64,000 nucleotides of DNA from Bacteroidota bacterium (GTDB lineage: Bacteria; Bacteroidota; Bacteroidia; Flavobacteriales_D; Crocinitomicaceae): contig JAJRQK010000025.1 of assembly GCA_024280295.1 (NCBI GenBank), positions 22,523 through 86,522 on the forward strand, given 5' to 3'. The position numbers and the translations under genes were made by a program. The notes beneath the pieces were generated by a model. That model did not search any database. It worked only from the letters and a program-made list of their open reading frames with translations, and was not told the origin of the DNA. Of the stretch, positions 10,407 to 19,733 are shown piece after piece. Positions within the stretch are counted from its first letter, which is position 1; each line of letters opens with the position of its first letter.

Positions 10407-12782
10407 TTACCTCCGTTTTAACACCTTCACCACAAGCACATCACCCTTTTCTGAAACAATCTCCATAAAGTAAACGCCGGCACTTCCTTCAATACTAAGT
10501 TGGAAGTGTGACGAATTAAAGAAAGAATCAATTAACATGATCTCACCCAAAACATTCGTAACCCTTACATCCACCTTAGAATATTTTCTGCCCAGATCAA
10601 CGTAAACGTGTTCAGTCGTAGGATTTGGAAAGACAACGATCTGCATCCCAAAAGTGTTTTCGAAAACATCCTCTACATTAACACTCACGCAGGCAGAAGT
10701 GTCGGTACAACCGTTTTCAATTATTTGAACAGCATAATTGCCAATAACAGTTGCTGTAAAAATCTGATTTGTTTCTCCAGAAATTATTGAATAGTTATTG
10801 TCGCAATCTAACCATTGATACGTCACTCCTGAATTATTAGCTGTAATGGTAGGCTCTACAACAGACGTCGTAACATCAACCGTATTGATTGTTAAATCTA
10901 ATGTAACGATTGAATCACATCCCGATGTATTGACCAATGTAAATGTCGCAGAATTATTATTTGCCGTATATGTATTTCCATCAATCCATGTGTATGAATT
11001 GCAGGCTGTTTGTGGATCGGTCCCAGAGTTAGAATTCAGGATTGTTAAATCTAGCGTTACCAATGAATCACAACCTGCTGCGTTCATTATCGTAAATGTC
11101 GCGGTGTTATTACTTGCTGTATATGCATTTCCATCGATCCAGGTATAAGAGTCGCACTCCGTTTTAACATCTGTGCTTGAACTGGAATTCAGGATTGTTA
11201 AATCTAAGTTCACTAGAGAATCACAACCTGCTACATTCATCAATGTATATGTCGCGGTGTTATTACTTGATGTATATGTATTTCCATCAATCCAAGTATA
11301 AGTTTCACATTCCAATTTGATATCGGTAGCGGCAGTAACTAAGCACTGACTCATTTTCTGAACAAAACTATCATTTGAACCCGAAGTTGACATATTGAAC
11401 ACTCCCAATCCAGGATCAAAATCTACGGATGAGGCTTTGAAATAACCAATTGTATGAACGCTGGTATATTGATCAACATAAATCGAAATACCTAGATCAT
11501 TCTGAAAATCTCCTCCTATTGAGTACGCCCATTCAAAATTACCATTCATGTCTAATTTCTGAATAAAAACATCTTGTAATCCGATTGAGGAAAGGTTACT
11601 TACACCAGGGCCTGGATCAAAATCAACAATAGCACCTAAGAACGTACCCGTTACATAAATATTTCCTACCAAATCTATATCAATACTATTCCCAGCATCA
11701 GTTGATCCACCACCTTCTGAAATAGCCCATAAAAAGTCTCCGTTAGCATCAATTTTATAAATAAAAATGTCCGATCCTGAACTCGCGGTCAAATTGAAAA
11801 TACTCGGCCCCGAATCAAAATCAACTGTACCCCAAAAACGTCCAGTAAGGCATACATTTCCAGCAGCATCCGCCTGAAGTGAATTACCTTCTATGTCATT
11901 AGAGCCCTTAACAGTATTGGCCCATATAAAATTACCTGAAGGATCTAATTTTTCTACAAATAAAGCATTGGCTCCACCTATACCCGTCAATAGAAAAGTA
12001 CCTGGGCCAGGATTGAAGTCAACGGTAGCGATGTAGAAGCCTGTTGTATAAACATTTCCAAAACCATCCGTTGAAACAGAGTAACCACGCTCAACTCCAA
12101 ATCCTCCAAAGGACTTCGCCCACAAGAAAGTTCCGAACGCGTCGAATTTTTGAATAAAGACATCCGTAGCACCATTAGAACTTAGATTCGTATTTGCAGG
12201 ACCTGGGTCAAAATCTACTGTTCCTGTGAATAATCCTGTTAAATAAACATTACCTGAAGGATCAATGGTTATTGCTCTTGCCTGATCATTTGATGTTCCC
12301 CCTGTTACTCGTACCCATCCAATATTTCCGTTTGAATCCAGATTGAGCACAAAAATATCATTCGAACCACTAGCGGTAAGGTTCAGTACTCCAGGTCCTG
12401 GGTTAAAGTCCACCGTTCCTTGAAAGAAACCTGTAATGTAAGTTGTGCCAGATGCTGTAGAGACTATCCCCCAACCTCGATCATTTAACGTCCCGCCAAT
12501 TTTAATTGCCCACAAAAAACTGCCATCTGCAGCCACCTTTTGGATAAAAATATCTGCCCCTCCATTTGAGGAGAGATTATAAATCATCACTCCAGGGTCA
12601 AAGTCAACAGTACCTGTAAAGTAACCTGTCGTGTAAACGTTTCCGACAGCATCTACAGAGACTGATCTCCCCTGATCATCTCCAGAACTACCTGCTTTAT
12701 AGGCCCATTCAAAGTCTGCCCCTTGGCTTACAGCGCTATACGATAGCAGGCATAAAATAAGGGTGAAAAGATTATTTATCAT
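10407..12782 (-). CDS. SBBP-repeat beta-propeller protein with three 51-aa Cys-pair modules and a T9SS C-terminal sorting domain
   Basis: 791 aa with a signal peptide. It has repeated SBBP-type units (D-x-x-G-N-V-Y-x-T-G-x-F-x-G-T-V-D-F-D-P-G). The C-terminal ~80 aa (VVFPNPTTEHVYVDL ... VYFMEI ...) fit a type IX secretion CTD. Confidence 0.8.
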   Translation of the reverse strand: MINNLFTLILCLLSYSAVSQGADFEWAYKAGSSGDDQGRSVSVDAVGNVYTTGYFTGTVDFDPGVMIYNLSSNGGADIFIQKVAADGSFLWAIKIGGTLNDRGWGIVSTASGTTYITGFFQGTVDFNPGPGVLNLTASGSNDIFVLNLDSNGNIGWVRVTGGTSNDQARAITIDPSGNVYLTGLFTGTVDFDPGPANTNLSSNGATDVFIQKFDAFGTFLWAKSFGGFGVERGYSVSTDGFGNVYTTGFYIATVDFNPGPGTFLLTGIGGANALFVEKLDPSGNFIWANTVKGSNDIEGNSLQADAAGNVCLTGRFWGTVDFDSGPSIFNLTASSGSDIFIYKIDANGDFLWAISEGGGSTDAGNSIDIDLVGNIYVTGTFLGAIVDFDPGPGVSNLSSIGLQDVFIQKLDMNGNFEWAYSIGGDFQNDLGISIYVDQYTSVHTIGYFKASSVDFDPGLGVFNMSTSGSNDSFVQKMSQCLVTAATDIKLECETYTWIDGNTYTSSNNTATYTLMNVAGCDSLVNLDLTILNSSSSTDVKTECDSYTWIDGNAYTASNNTATFTIMNAAGCDSLVTLDLTILNSNSGTDPQTACNSYTWIDGNTYTANNNSATFTLVNTSGCDSIVTLDLTINTVDVTTSVVEPTITANNSGVTYQWLDCDNNYSIISGETNQIFTATVIGNYAVQIIENGCTDTSACVSVNVEDVFENTFGMQIVVFPNPTTEHVYVDLGRKYSKVDVRVTNVLGEIMLIDSFFNSSHFQLSIEGSAGVYFMEIVSEKGDVLVVKVLKRR
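10890..11348 (-). repeat. In-frame tandem repeat, 3 x 153 bp (51-aa module C-x-S-Y-T-W-I-D-G-N-x-Y-T ... G-C-D-S-x-V-T-L-D-L-T-I)
   Basis: The translation shows three consecutive copies. Coordinates were derived by counting back from the stop codon. Confidence 0.75.
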
Positions 12783-12786
12783 AGTA

Positions 12787-15474
12787 TTAATTTTTAATTA
12801 CTCTTACTGTTCTTTGAGTATCATTGTTGTCTACATGAATGAAGTATATGCCTTTGCTTAAGTCCTTCATAGGCAGTACAGATTCACTTACAGCATAAAT
12901 TTCCCCACGGTAAACCTCTTGCCCCCTCAAATCAGTTATATACACTAGAGTATACTGCTGTAGGAATTCAAATTCCAACGTGACATCGGATATTGTTGGA
13001 TTAGGGTAAACTCTCACTTGAAAAGGATGAGTAAGATCTGTCAGACCAACAGTTGTAATAGCAACACAAGAAGATGTATCTACACACCCATTCTCCATCA
13101 CTTCAACAGCGTAGTTTCCGTTTATTGTAGCTGTAAAGGTTTGATTCGTTTCTCCAGAAATAATGGAGTAGTTATTATCACAATCCAACCATTGATATGT
13201 TGCTCCTATTGCATTGGCAGTGACTGCAAGTCCTGCGGCAGATGTTATGACATCAACAGTATTAATCGTTAAGTTTAGCGTAACGATTGAATCACACCCA
13301 ACAGCATTTGTTAAAGTATGTGGCGCAGCACTATTGGAAGAAGTGTACGTATTTCCATCTATCCATGTATAAGAATCACACGCTGTTTGGACATCTGTTC
13401 CAGTAGTAGAATAATTGATCGTCAAGTTTAGCGTAACGATAGAGTCGCACCCAACTGAATTTGTTAAAGTATGGGTCGCAGCACTATTTGAAGAAGTGTA
13501 CGTATTTCCATCTATCCATGTATAAGAATCACACGCTGTTTGAACATCCGTTCCTGAAGTAGCATAATATAGTGTCAAGTTTAGCGTAACGATTGAATCA
13601 CACCCAACAGCATTTGTTAAAGTATGGGTCGCAGCACTATTTGAAGAAGTGTACGTATTTCCATCTATCCATGTATAAGAATCACATGCTGTTTGAACAT
13701 CTGCTCCTGAAGTAGAATAGTTCATTGTTAAGTTTAGCGTAACAACTGAATCGCATCCTGCAGCATTCGTTAAGGTTTGTGTTGCTGTGACATTTGAAGA
13801 TGTGTACGTAATTCCATCGATCCAAGTATAAGAATCACATGCTGTTTGAGCGTCGGTTCCAGAGGTTGAATAGTTGACGGTCAAATTGAGGGTAATCAAA
13901 GAATCGCAACCAACAGCATTCGTTAATATATGTGTTGCAGTGTTATTGGATGAAGTGTATGCCATTCCATCGATCCAAGTATAAGAATCACATGCAGTTT
14001 GAGTATCAATTACACTGTCTGGAATACACGGACTGAGTTTGATGACAAACACATCTTGTAAACCATTTGATGCTAGACTAGAAACACCCGCATTTGGGTC
14101 GAAATCAACTGTATCACCATAATTACCAGTCACATAGATGTTTCCGGCTGGATCTGTTGTGATTGATCTTCCTAGATCACCTTGCGAACCATTTGTTCCC
14201 ATAGATTTCACCCAAAGAAAGTTGCCATTTGTATCTAACTTCTCAATAAAGATATCTACGCCGTTATTAAATGATGTTAAATTATTAATACCAACCCCAG
14301 GGTCGAAGTCAACTGTACCAGTATAGTAACCAGTCAAATAAAGCCCACTTAGAGGATCAATGTTTATCGATTGAGCATTGTCTGGCATAGAGCCTCCAAA
14401 AGATTTTGCCCAGATAAAATTTCCGTTCGTATCTAATTTTTGAACAAAAACATCTGCACTACCATTTGACACCAAATTAACTATTGGTCCACTCGGGTCG
14501 AAATCTGCCGTGCCATTAAAAATGCCAGTGGAGTATATATTTCCTGAAGCATCTGTACTAATGGCCCTCCCATAATCAGCTGAAGTTCCTCCCATCGATT
14601 TCGCCCAAAGAAAATCTCCATTTGCCTCCATTTTGACTATGAAAACATCATAATTCCCGTTTGTAGTTAGCGTTGACACTCCAGAACCAGGATCGAAATC
14701 TCCAAAACCATTAAAATACCCTAATAACACCACATCTCCATTGCTATCAATAGTAGTCGTATACCCGAGGTCTGCTCCAGTCCCCCCAAAAGATTTAGCC
14801 CATATGAAATTCCCATCTGAACTTAATTTGAGCAAAAAGGCATCATAACTGTTATCCATAGTTGCAGTCATGTCGAAAACAGATGCGCCAGGATCAAAAT
14901 CAACAGTACTTCGATAGAATCCTGAAATGTAGATGTTGTCAGATAAATCAACGGATATAGAATATGCTTGATCTTGATAAACGTTACCAAATGACTTGGC
15001 CCAAACAAAGATTCCGCTCGCGTTTAGTTTCAATACAAAAGGATCTGTACTCCCGTTAGCCGTCATATTGAATACCCCAACACCCGGATTAAAATCGACT
15101 GTTCCACTATAAAAACCACAGACATAAACATTGTTGGAAGCATCTGTAACTATGGAGTATCCTCGGTCAGGATCAACTGATCCGCCTAATGCTTTCGCCC
15201 ATAACAAAGAACCGTTTGCATCTACTTTTTGGATGTAGATGTCATAAACACCATTTGAAACAAGAGTTTCCACTCCTACTCCAGGATTAAAATCTGCAGT
15301 TCCGGTAAACACTCCGGTTGAAAGCACATTGCCAGCTCCATCTACGTGAATAGACCAAGCTTGATCCGTTTGAGTACCCCCGCTTGAATTTGCCCATTGA
15401 AGATCTACTTGAGCATTGATTTGCGTGGATAAAAGACATAAGAGTCCTATTGTAATTCTTTTCATTATTGACAT
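12787..15474 (-). CDS. SBBP-repeat beta-propeller protein with five 51-aa Cys-pair modules and a T9SS C-terminal sorting domain; paralog of 10407-12782
   Basis: 895 aa with signal peptide MKRITIGLLCLLSTQINAQ. It has the same SBBP units, the module QTACDSYTWIDGNTYTSSN..ATHTLTN.VGCDS.VTLNLT repeated five times, and a CTD-like end (VRVYPNPTISDVTLEF ... IYFIHV). Confidence 0.8.
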   Translation of the reverse strand: MSIMKRITIGLLCLLSTQINAQVDLQWANSSGGTQTDQAWSIHVDGAGNVLSTGVFTGTADFNPGVGVETLVSNGVYDIYIQKVDANGSLLWAKALGGSVDPDRGYSIVTDASNNVYVCGFYSGTVDFNPGVGVFNMTANGSTDPFVLKLNASGIFVWAKSFGNVYQDQAYSISVDLSDNIYISGFYRSTVDFDPGASVFDMTATMDNSYDAFLLKLSSDGNFIWAKSFGGTGADLGYTTTIDSNGDVVLLGYFNGFGDFDPGSGVSTLTTNGNYDVFIVKMEANGDFLWAKSMGGTSADYGRAISTDASGNIYSTGIFNGTADFDPSGPIVNLVSNGSADVFVQKLDTNGNFIWAKSFGGSMPDNAQSINIDPLSGLYLTGYYTGTVDFDPGVGINNLTSFNNGVDIFIEKLDTNGNFLWVKSMGTNGSQGDLGRSITTDPAGNIYVTGNYGDTVDFDPNAGVSSLASNGLQDVFVIKLSPCIPDSVIDTQTACDSYTWIDGMAYTSSNNTATHILTNAVGCDSLITLNLTVNYSTSGTDAQTACDSYTWIDGITYTSSNVTATQTLTNAAGCDSVVTLNLTMNYSTSGADVQTACDSYTWIDGNTYTSSNSAATHTLTNAVGCDSIVTLNLTLYYATSGTDVQTACDSYTWIDGNTYTSSNSAATHTLTNSVGCDSIVTLNLTINYSTTGTDVQTACDSYTWIDGNTYTSSNSAAPHTLTNAVGCDSIVTLNLTINTVDVITSAAGLAVTANAIGATYQWLDCDNNYSIISGETNQTFTATINGNYAVEVMENGCVDTSSCVAITTVGLTDLTHPFQVRVYPNPTISDVTLEFEFLQQYTLVYITDLRGQEVYRGEIYAVSESVLPMKDLSKGIYFIHVDNNDTQRTVRVIKN
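13267..14031 (-). repeat. In-frame tandem repeat, 5 x 153 bp; two adjacent copies share a ~75-nt identical core
   Basis: The DNA string tttgttaaagtatgggtcgcagcactatttgaagaagtgtacgtatttccatctatccatgtataagaatcaca occurs twice 153 bp apart (about 13472 and 13625). A near-identical third copy lies at about 13313. Confidence 0.85.
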
Positions 15475-15501
15475 AATATTGATTGTTATTGCTCCAAAGA
15501 C

Positions 15502-16764
15502 CTATTTCAACTTCGAACAAAGCACTTTCTGGGCAATGCCGATTCCACCATAGTATGATTTTCCATAATTACCATTGTTGTAATCTTGCTTCACATTTAT
15601 GCCATAGATATAGCAAATCTTGTCGTCCAATTTTACGCATACAATTACGTTCGCTGTTCTTGATAGCGTAACACCATAAGCAGTCTTTTCCACATACCAT
15701 TTATCGGATTCTATATAAGTCTTATATGGATTCCCTTCAAATTTCTCATCTTTAAACAAACGAATCGCATCATTACAAATAGTGGCATTCTTCATTCCTT
15801 CAGGCGGCACGTTGTTGGCCGCAATAATTTGATATTCAAGCTCATCGATAATTTTCTTCCATTTCGCCTTTCCTTCTTCGGTGACGTTCAGCTCAAAGGT
15901 GCCAATTACGCTTGCTGTTACAGCACCTGGAGAATGACTATCCTCAAGATACATTGTAACCTCATGTTTACCAATTGGCAGCTTATTGAATTTAATTAAC
16001 CTATTTACTCTACGCCCTGTAGTTCGAACAATTTCAATGTCCAAATAATCTTCCCCTCCTTCACATGGGAAAGCAGTATCGTCTGTACTTATTCTTTCAC
16101 CATCTACTTCAAATGATGCGAAGTATTTGGCTTTTTTCATTACATTTTTTACAGGAACGCTAAACTTGGCGCGCACCATAATTATGTCTCCAGAAGTAAA
16201 TTGAGTGACAGATTCCGAAGACTTGAATTCATCCTTAGAAAACACCATTGATTCTAACCAGCTATCAACTTCGCGACGTCTTTTGTTTACTGGAGAGTTG
16301 GCTTCCTGCCTCTCGTCATACGCAGCATCGATATTCGCCAAATTCTGCTTATGTTTATCTACACCATTAGTATAAGCGGATTCAAATTTGCTGAATTCTT
16401 CCTTGTATGCTTGAACATCATATTCTGGATCAAGTTTCTCTATTTTTTGAACCCTTGACGTTAATTCCTCCATTTCATCTTTCACGGTCGTTTCGCGCAA
16501 ATGAGTATTATCAAAGTCACCATTTTCAAGATGTTTATTTAAGGTTTTAACTCGGATGTCAGCCATTTGAATTTCAGATTTCGCGGGACTGTTCTTCTCA
16601 GGTGAATTAATAGTGCCTGTAGTACTTGAATTTTGTTCTACACTTATTGTTTTCTTGGGCTTACCTATTTTAGGTTTCTTCAATCCTCTCAATTGAGCAT
16701 TTATAGAAAACGAGCATGCTGAAGTTAGCATTATAAGAAAACACATCTTTTTCATAGATTCCAA
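15502..16764 (-). CDS. Secreted hypothetical protein; C-terminus related to that of 8350-10371
   Basis: 420 aa with signal peptide MKKMCFLIMLTSACSFSINAQ, a basic K/P-rich stretch and no enzymatic motif I recognise. Confidence 0.55.
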   Translation of the reverse strand: MESMKKMCFLIMLTSACSFSINAQLRGLKKPKIGKPKKTISVEQNSSTTGTINSPEKNSPAKSEIQMADIRVKTLNKHLENGDFDNTHLRETTVKDEMEELTSRVQKIEKLDPEYDVQAYKEEFSKFESAYTNGVDKHKQNLANIDAAYDERQEANSPVNKRRREVDSWLESMVFSKDEFKSSESVTQFTSGDIIMVRAKFSVPVKNVMKKAKYFASFEVDGERISTDDTAFPCEGGEDYLDIEIVRTTGRRVNRLIKFNKLPIGKHEVTMYLEDSHSPGAVTASVIGTFELNVTEEGKAKWKKIIDELEYQIIAANNVPPEGMKNATICNDAIRLFKDEKFEGNPYKTYIESDKWYVEKTAYGVTLSRTANVIVCVKLDDKICYIYGINVKQDYNNGNYGKSYYGGIGIAQKVLCSKLK

Positions 16765-16915
16765 GATTAATTGACGCTACAAAAATATCGTTGGATAGAC
16801 CTATAAATTCAATTCATAAGGGCCTTTGTGATATTTGGTATCATTATAATGACAACTGGCAAATCTTTATTGATGATCGAATTTTTAGGTTCTCAAGATT
16901 GAGTATTTTTGCTCT

Positions 16916-19516
16916 ATGCGAGTCAAAATGACACTATACATACTTCTCATATCTAGCGGTCTATATTCGCAGAGCAACCCTTACAAGCAATACACCCAAA
17001 CTGACGGTTTGAATAGCTCTACGGTGTACTGCTCGTATCAGGACCTTAATGGTCTTATATGGTTTGGTACAGATAAGGGTGTAAACTGGTTTGATGGTAG
17101 TAAATTCACTTCATTTTCTCTAAACGACGGACTTTCCGATTCTGAAATTTTTAAAATTCAAAATGATTCACAGCAGAAAATTTGGCTTTTAACAAACAAT
17201 GGTATTCCAAGTATTTATTATGATTCTGAATTCAAAACACGAAGAACATATTCTGGTCTGACAAAATTTCCGGGAGGATCATTTCTTTGGTGTCAGTTTC
17301 AAGATAAAAATGGAAATCAATGGTTTGGTACACAATCAGATGGCATCTTAAAACTGGACACTACTGGAAAGATCACGAAATATGACCCTGATAATCTATC
17401 AACTTGTTTTCACATTTGGACAGATGAACAAGATAGGTTGTTGTTTGCTACAAAAAGTGGAGTCTATCGATTTGAACGAGGAATGTTCACAAAACTATTT
17501 AGTTATGACCGCAATAAAAAAAGACGCTTTAGTACACAAGATGGATTTGTATTGTTTAGTGAAGGAGAAAAATTAATGACAACCTATGACAATAAAAGTT
17601 ATCGAAGCCTTGTTGAATTTGTTTCTAGCATATTGTTTATTGGGAAAGTTGAAAATAATAAAGTACTAATAGGAACTAACACAGGTCTATTTGAATATAA
17701 TTTCAGCTCTGGGAAGAAAAGAATAATACTGCCAAATATTGCAGTTAGTTCAACACTTAAAGATCATGAGGGCGGTCTTTGGATAACCACTCTTAAACAC
17801 GGCGTATTTTATATTGCGGGAAACAGCCCTAAGCGAATTGATCCATGCGAAGAATGCTCCAACGACGAATACAGACTATATCAGCAACAAAACAAATTAG
17901 TGATAGCTGGAAATACAATCTGTAGCCTTAACACAATAGATTCGAAATGGAATATAGTGCATCAGTTCTTAGACCCAAAGATAAGAGTAAATAAAGTCAT
18001 CACCTCTAAGAAGGAAGATTTCATTGCAACAAATAACGGTCTCTATAAAAAAGTAAACAATAAAGATGTTCTTTACTTATCAGGAACAGCTGTCAAAGAC
18101 ATTGAAATTATTAACAAGACAGATCTAGTACTTGTCTTGTCACGATCTATCGTTAAGATAGCAATAGACAGTCTCGGCCTTCTAGGAGAGCCAACTATTG
18201 ATCGAAATGAATTGAAGAAACACCTCATATTTGATCTTTCAAAACCAACCTGTATAGAAAAAAGTAAATTAGGCATTTGGATTGGTACAGTTGATGGAGT
18301 TTATTTTTATTCTTTAAAAACTCATTCAATCATTGATCTCAGAGAATTGTATCCTGAAATAGCATGCACAATAAACGATTTGCTTCTTATTGGAAATTCC
18401 CTTTGGATTGCAACGAAAGGTAAGGGAGTTTATCAATTGCTACTCAACGAAAATCATCTAATTCATTACACAAAAAAGAATAGCATCCAAAGCAATTATT
18501 GTTCAAGTTTATACTATGATGATCAAACCGATCAAATAATCGCGATTCATACAAAGGGACTTGATATTTGGGATAAAGGGCAGTGGTTAAACATACCCTT
18601 AAACCTTCGAATTAATGAAGGTCGAGGCGCTTTAGCTATTATTAGAGGTAACTATTATTTAAGTGATGGAAACAAACTGTATTCATTTTCTCCATCTCTG
18701 TGGTTGAGTTCTTTGGAGCATCCTAGATTAAATGTTTACTCTTTATATATTAACGACCGACGAGAAGAGTTAATCAATAATTTCACTTCATCCTATGATA
18801 ATAATTCAATCAAATTGAATTTTAGAGCAAGTTCATTTCGACTCAGTAGCTTGATAAAATACCACTATGAATTGAAAAAAAATGATTTAACTATTATATC
18901 TGAAAGTTTGAAGGGATCAGAACTTCAATTGGCGTCACTATCCCCTGGGAAATATAACATCAAGGTTTGGGCAACTTCAAGGAACAATTTAACGAGCAAA
19001 CCCTATTTACTTACTTTTACAATACTTCCTCCATGGTGGGAGTCATGGTGGTTCTTCTTGTTGATCATCATCCTACTACTTGGAGTTATTTATTTGTTCT
19101 TTAAAATTCGTGTATTGACCTATAACAAAGATATTGTTCGGGAAATACTAAGTGCAATCGTAAAACGAATTAAACGAGAGCGGAAAATCGTTTTTAAAGA
19201 TAATGAAGGTAAATACATCACAATAAACAATATGAATGACCTACTACATGTCAAATCAGCAGGTAATTATGTGGAGATTCACTGTACAAATAAGCACTAC
19301 GTGACTCGAATAACAATGAAGGAAATTGAGTTGCAATTATCTGATTATTCAAATTTTGTGCGGATTCATCATTCACACTTAGTAAATATGGACCATATTT
19401 CCGAGGTGGGAAGAGATCATGTAGTAATTCGTGAAGAATTAATTCCCGTAAGTCGAAGAAAAAGAAACCGTCTTATTACACCTAATCAAAAAGAAATCAT
19501 TCATAAAAAGACCTAA
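16916..19516 (+). CDS. Membrane-anchored sensor-regulator: periplasmic two-component-regulator-propeller repeats plus Y_Y_Y domain, one TM helix, cytoplasmic LytTR DNA-binding domain
   Basis: 866 aa. Reg_prop-like repeats are present (YTQTDGLNSSTVYCSYQDLNGLIWFGTDKGV). A Y_Y_Y-like segment (YHYELKKND ... LSPGKYNIKVWA) precedes the TM helix WWESWWFFLLIIILLLGVIYLFF. The LytTR motif is HVKSAGNYVEIH ... FVRIHHSHLVNMDHI ... IPVSRRKR. No kinase or receiver domain is present. Confidence 0.75.
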   Translation: MRVKMTLYILLISSGLYSQSNPYKQYTQTDGLNSSTVYCSYQDLNGLIWFGTDKGVNWFDGSKFTSFSLNDGLSDSEIFKIQNDSQQKIWLLTNNGIPSIYYDSEFKTRRTYSGLTKFPGGSFLWCQFQDKNGNQWFGTQSDGILKLDTTGKITKYDPDNLSTCFHIWTDEQDRLLFATKSGVYRFERGMFTKLFSYDRNKKRRFSTQDGFVLFSEGEKLMTTYDNKSYRSLVEFVSSILFIGKVENNKVLIGTNTGLFEYNFSSGKKRIILPNIAVSSTLKDHEGGLWITTLKHGVFYIAGNSPKRIDPCEECSNDEYRLYQQQNKLVIAGNTICSLNTIDSKWNIVHQFLDPKIRVNKVITSKKEDFIATNNGLYKKVNNKDVLYLSGTAVKDIEIINKTDLVLVLSRSIVKIAIDSLGLLGEPTIDRNELKKHLIFDLSKPTCIEKSKLGIWIGTVDGVYFYSLKTHSIIDLRELYPEIACTINDLLLIGNSLWIATKGKGVYQLLLNENHLIHYTKKNSIQSNYCSSLYYDDQTDQIIAIHTKGLDIWDKGQWLNIPLNLRINEGRGALAIIRGNYYLSDGNKLYSFSPSLWLSSLEHPRLNVYSLYINDRREELINNFTSSYDNNSIKLNFRASSFRLSSLIKYHYELKKNDLTIISESLKGSELQLASLSPGKYNIKVWATSRNNLTSKPYLLTFTILPPWWESWWFFLLIIILLLGVIYLFFKIRVLTYNKDIVREILSAIVKRIKRERKIVFKDNEGKYITINNMNDLLHVKSAGNYVEIHCTNKHYVTRITMKEIELQLSDYSNFVRIHHSHLVNMDHISEVGRDHVVIREELIPVSRRKRNRLITPNQKEIIHKKT

Positions 19517-19733
19517 ATAGTCTATACAAACATCTCATTTAGAGCTAAAACAATTGGATAATATTTATATTTGCTACATGTAATATTTTTGGTCAAGTTT
19601 AGCACCTATGTGCACTATTTTCATGCTAAAATTGTTGTGCAGAGTATAGTCTTCTTATCCGAAGAGAGATTATTCATCACAAACAAAGACTTAACCTAGA
19701 CTTATTTGGTACACTATTCGTAATACAACTAAT

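Noticed and set aside
13267-14031. Regularly spaced repeats that could suggest a CRISPR-like array
   Set aside because: The period is 153 bp with no unique spacers. The repeats are in frame inside a long ORF and encode a conserved 51-aa Cys-pair module.
19517-19733. The 217-bp leader upstream of the patatin gene, and the 7944-8349 intergenic region, as a possible riboswitch or small RNA
   Set aside because: I could find only short 4-5 bp hairpins by eye. There is no recognisable riboswitch core and no terminator-antiterminator arrangement.
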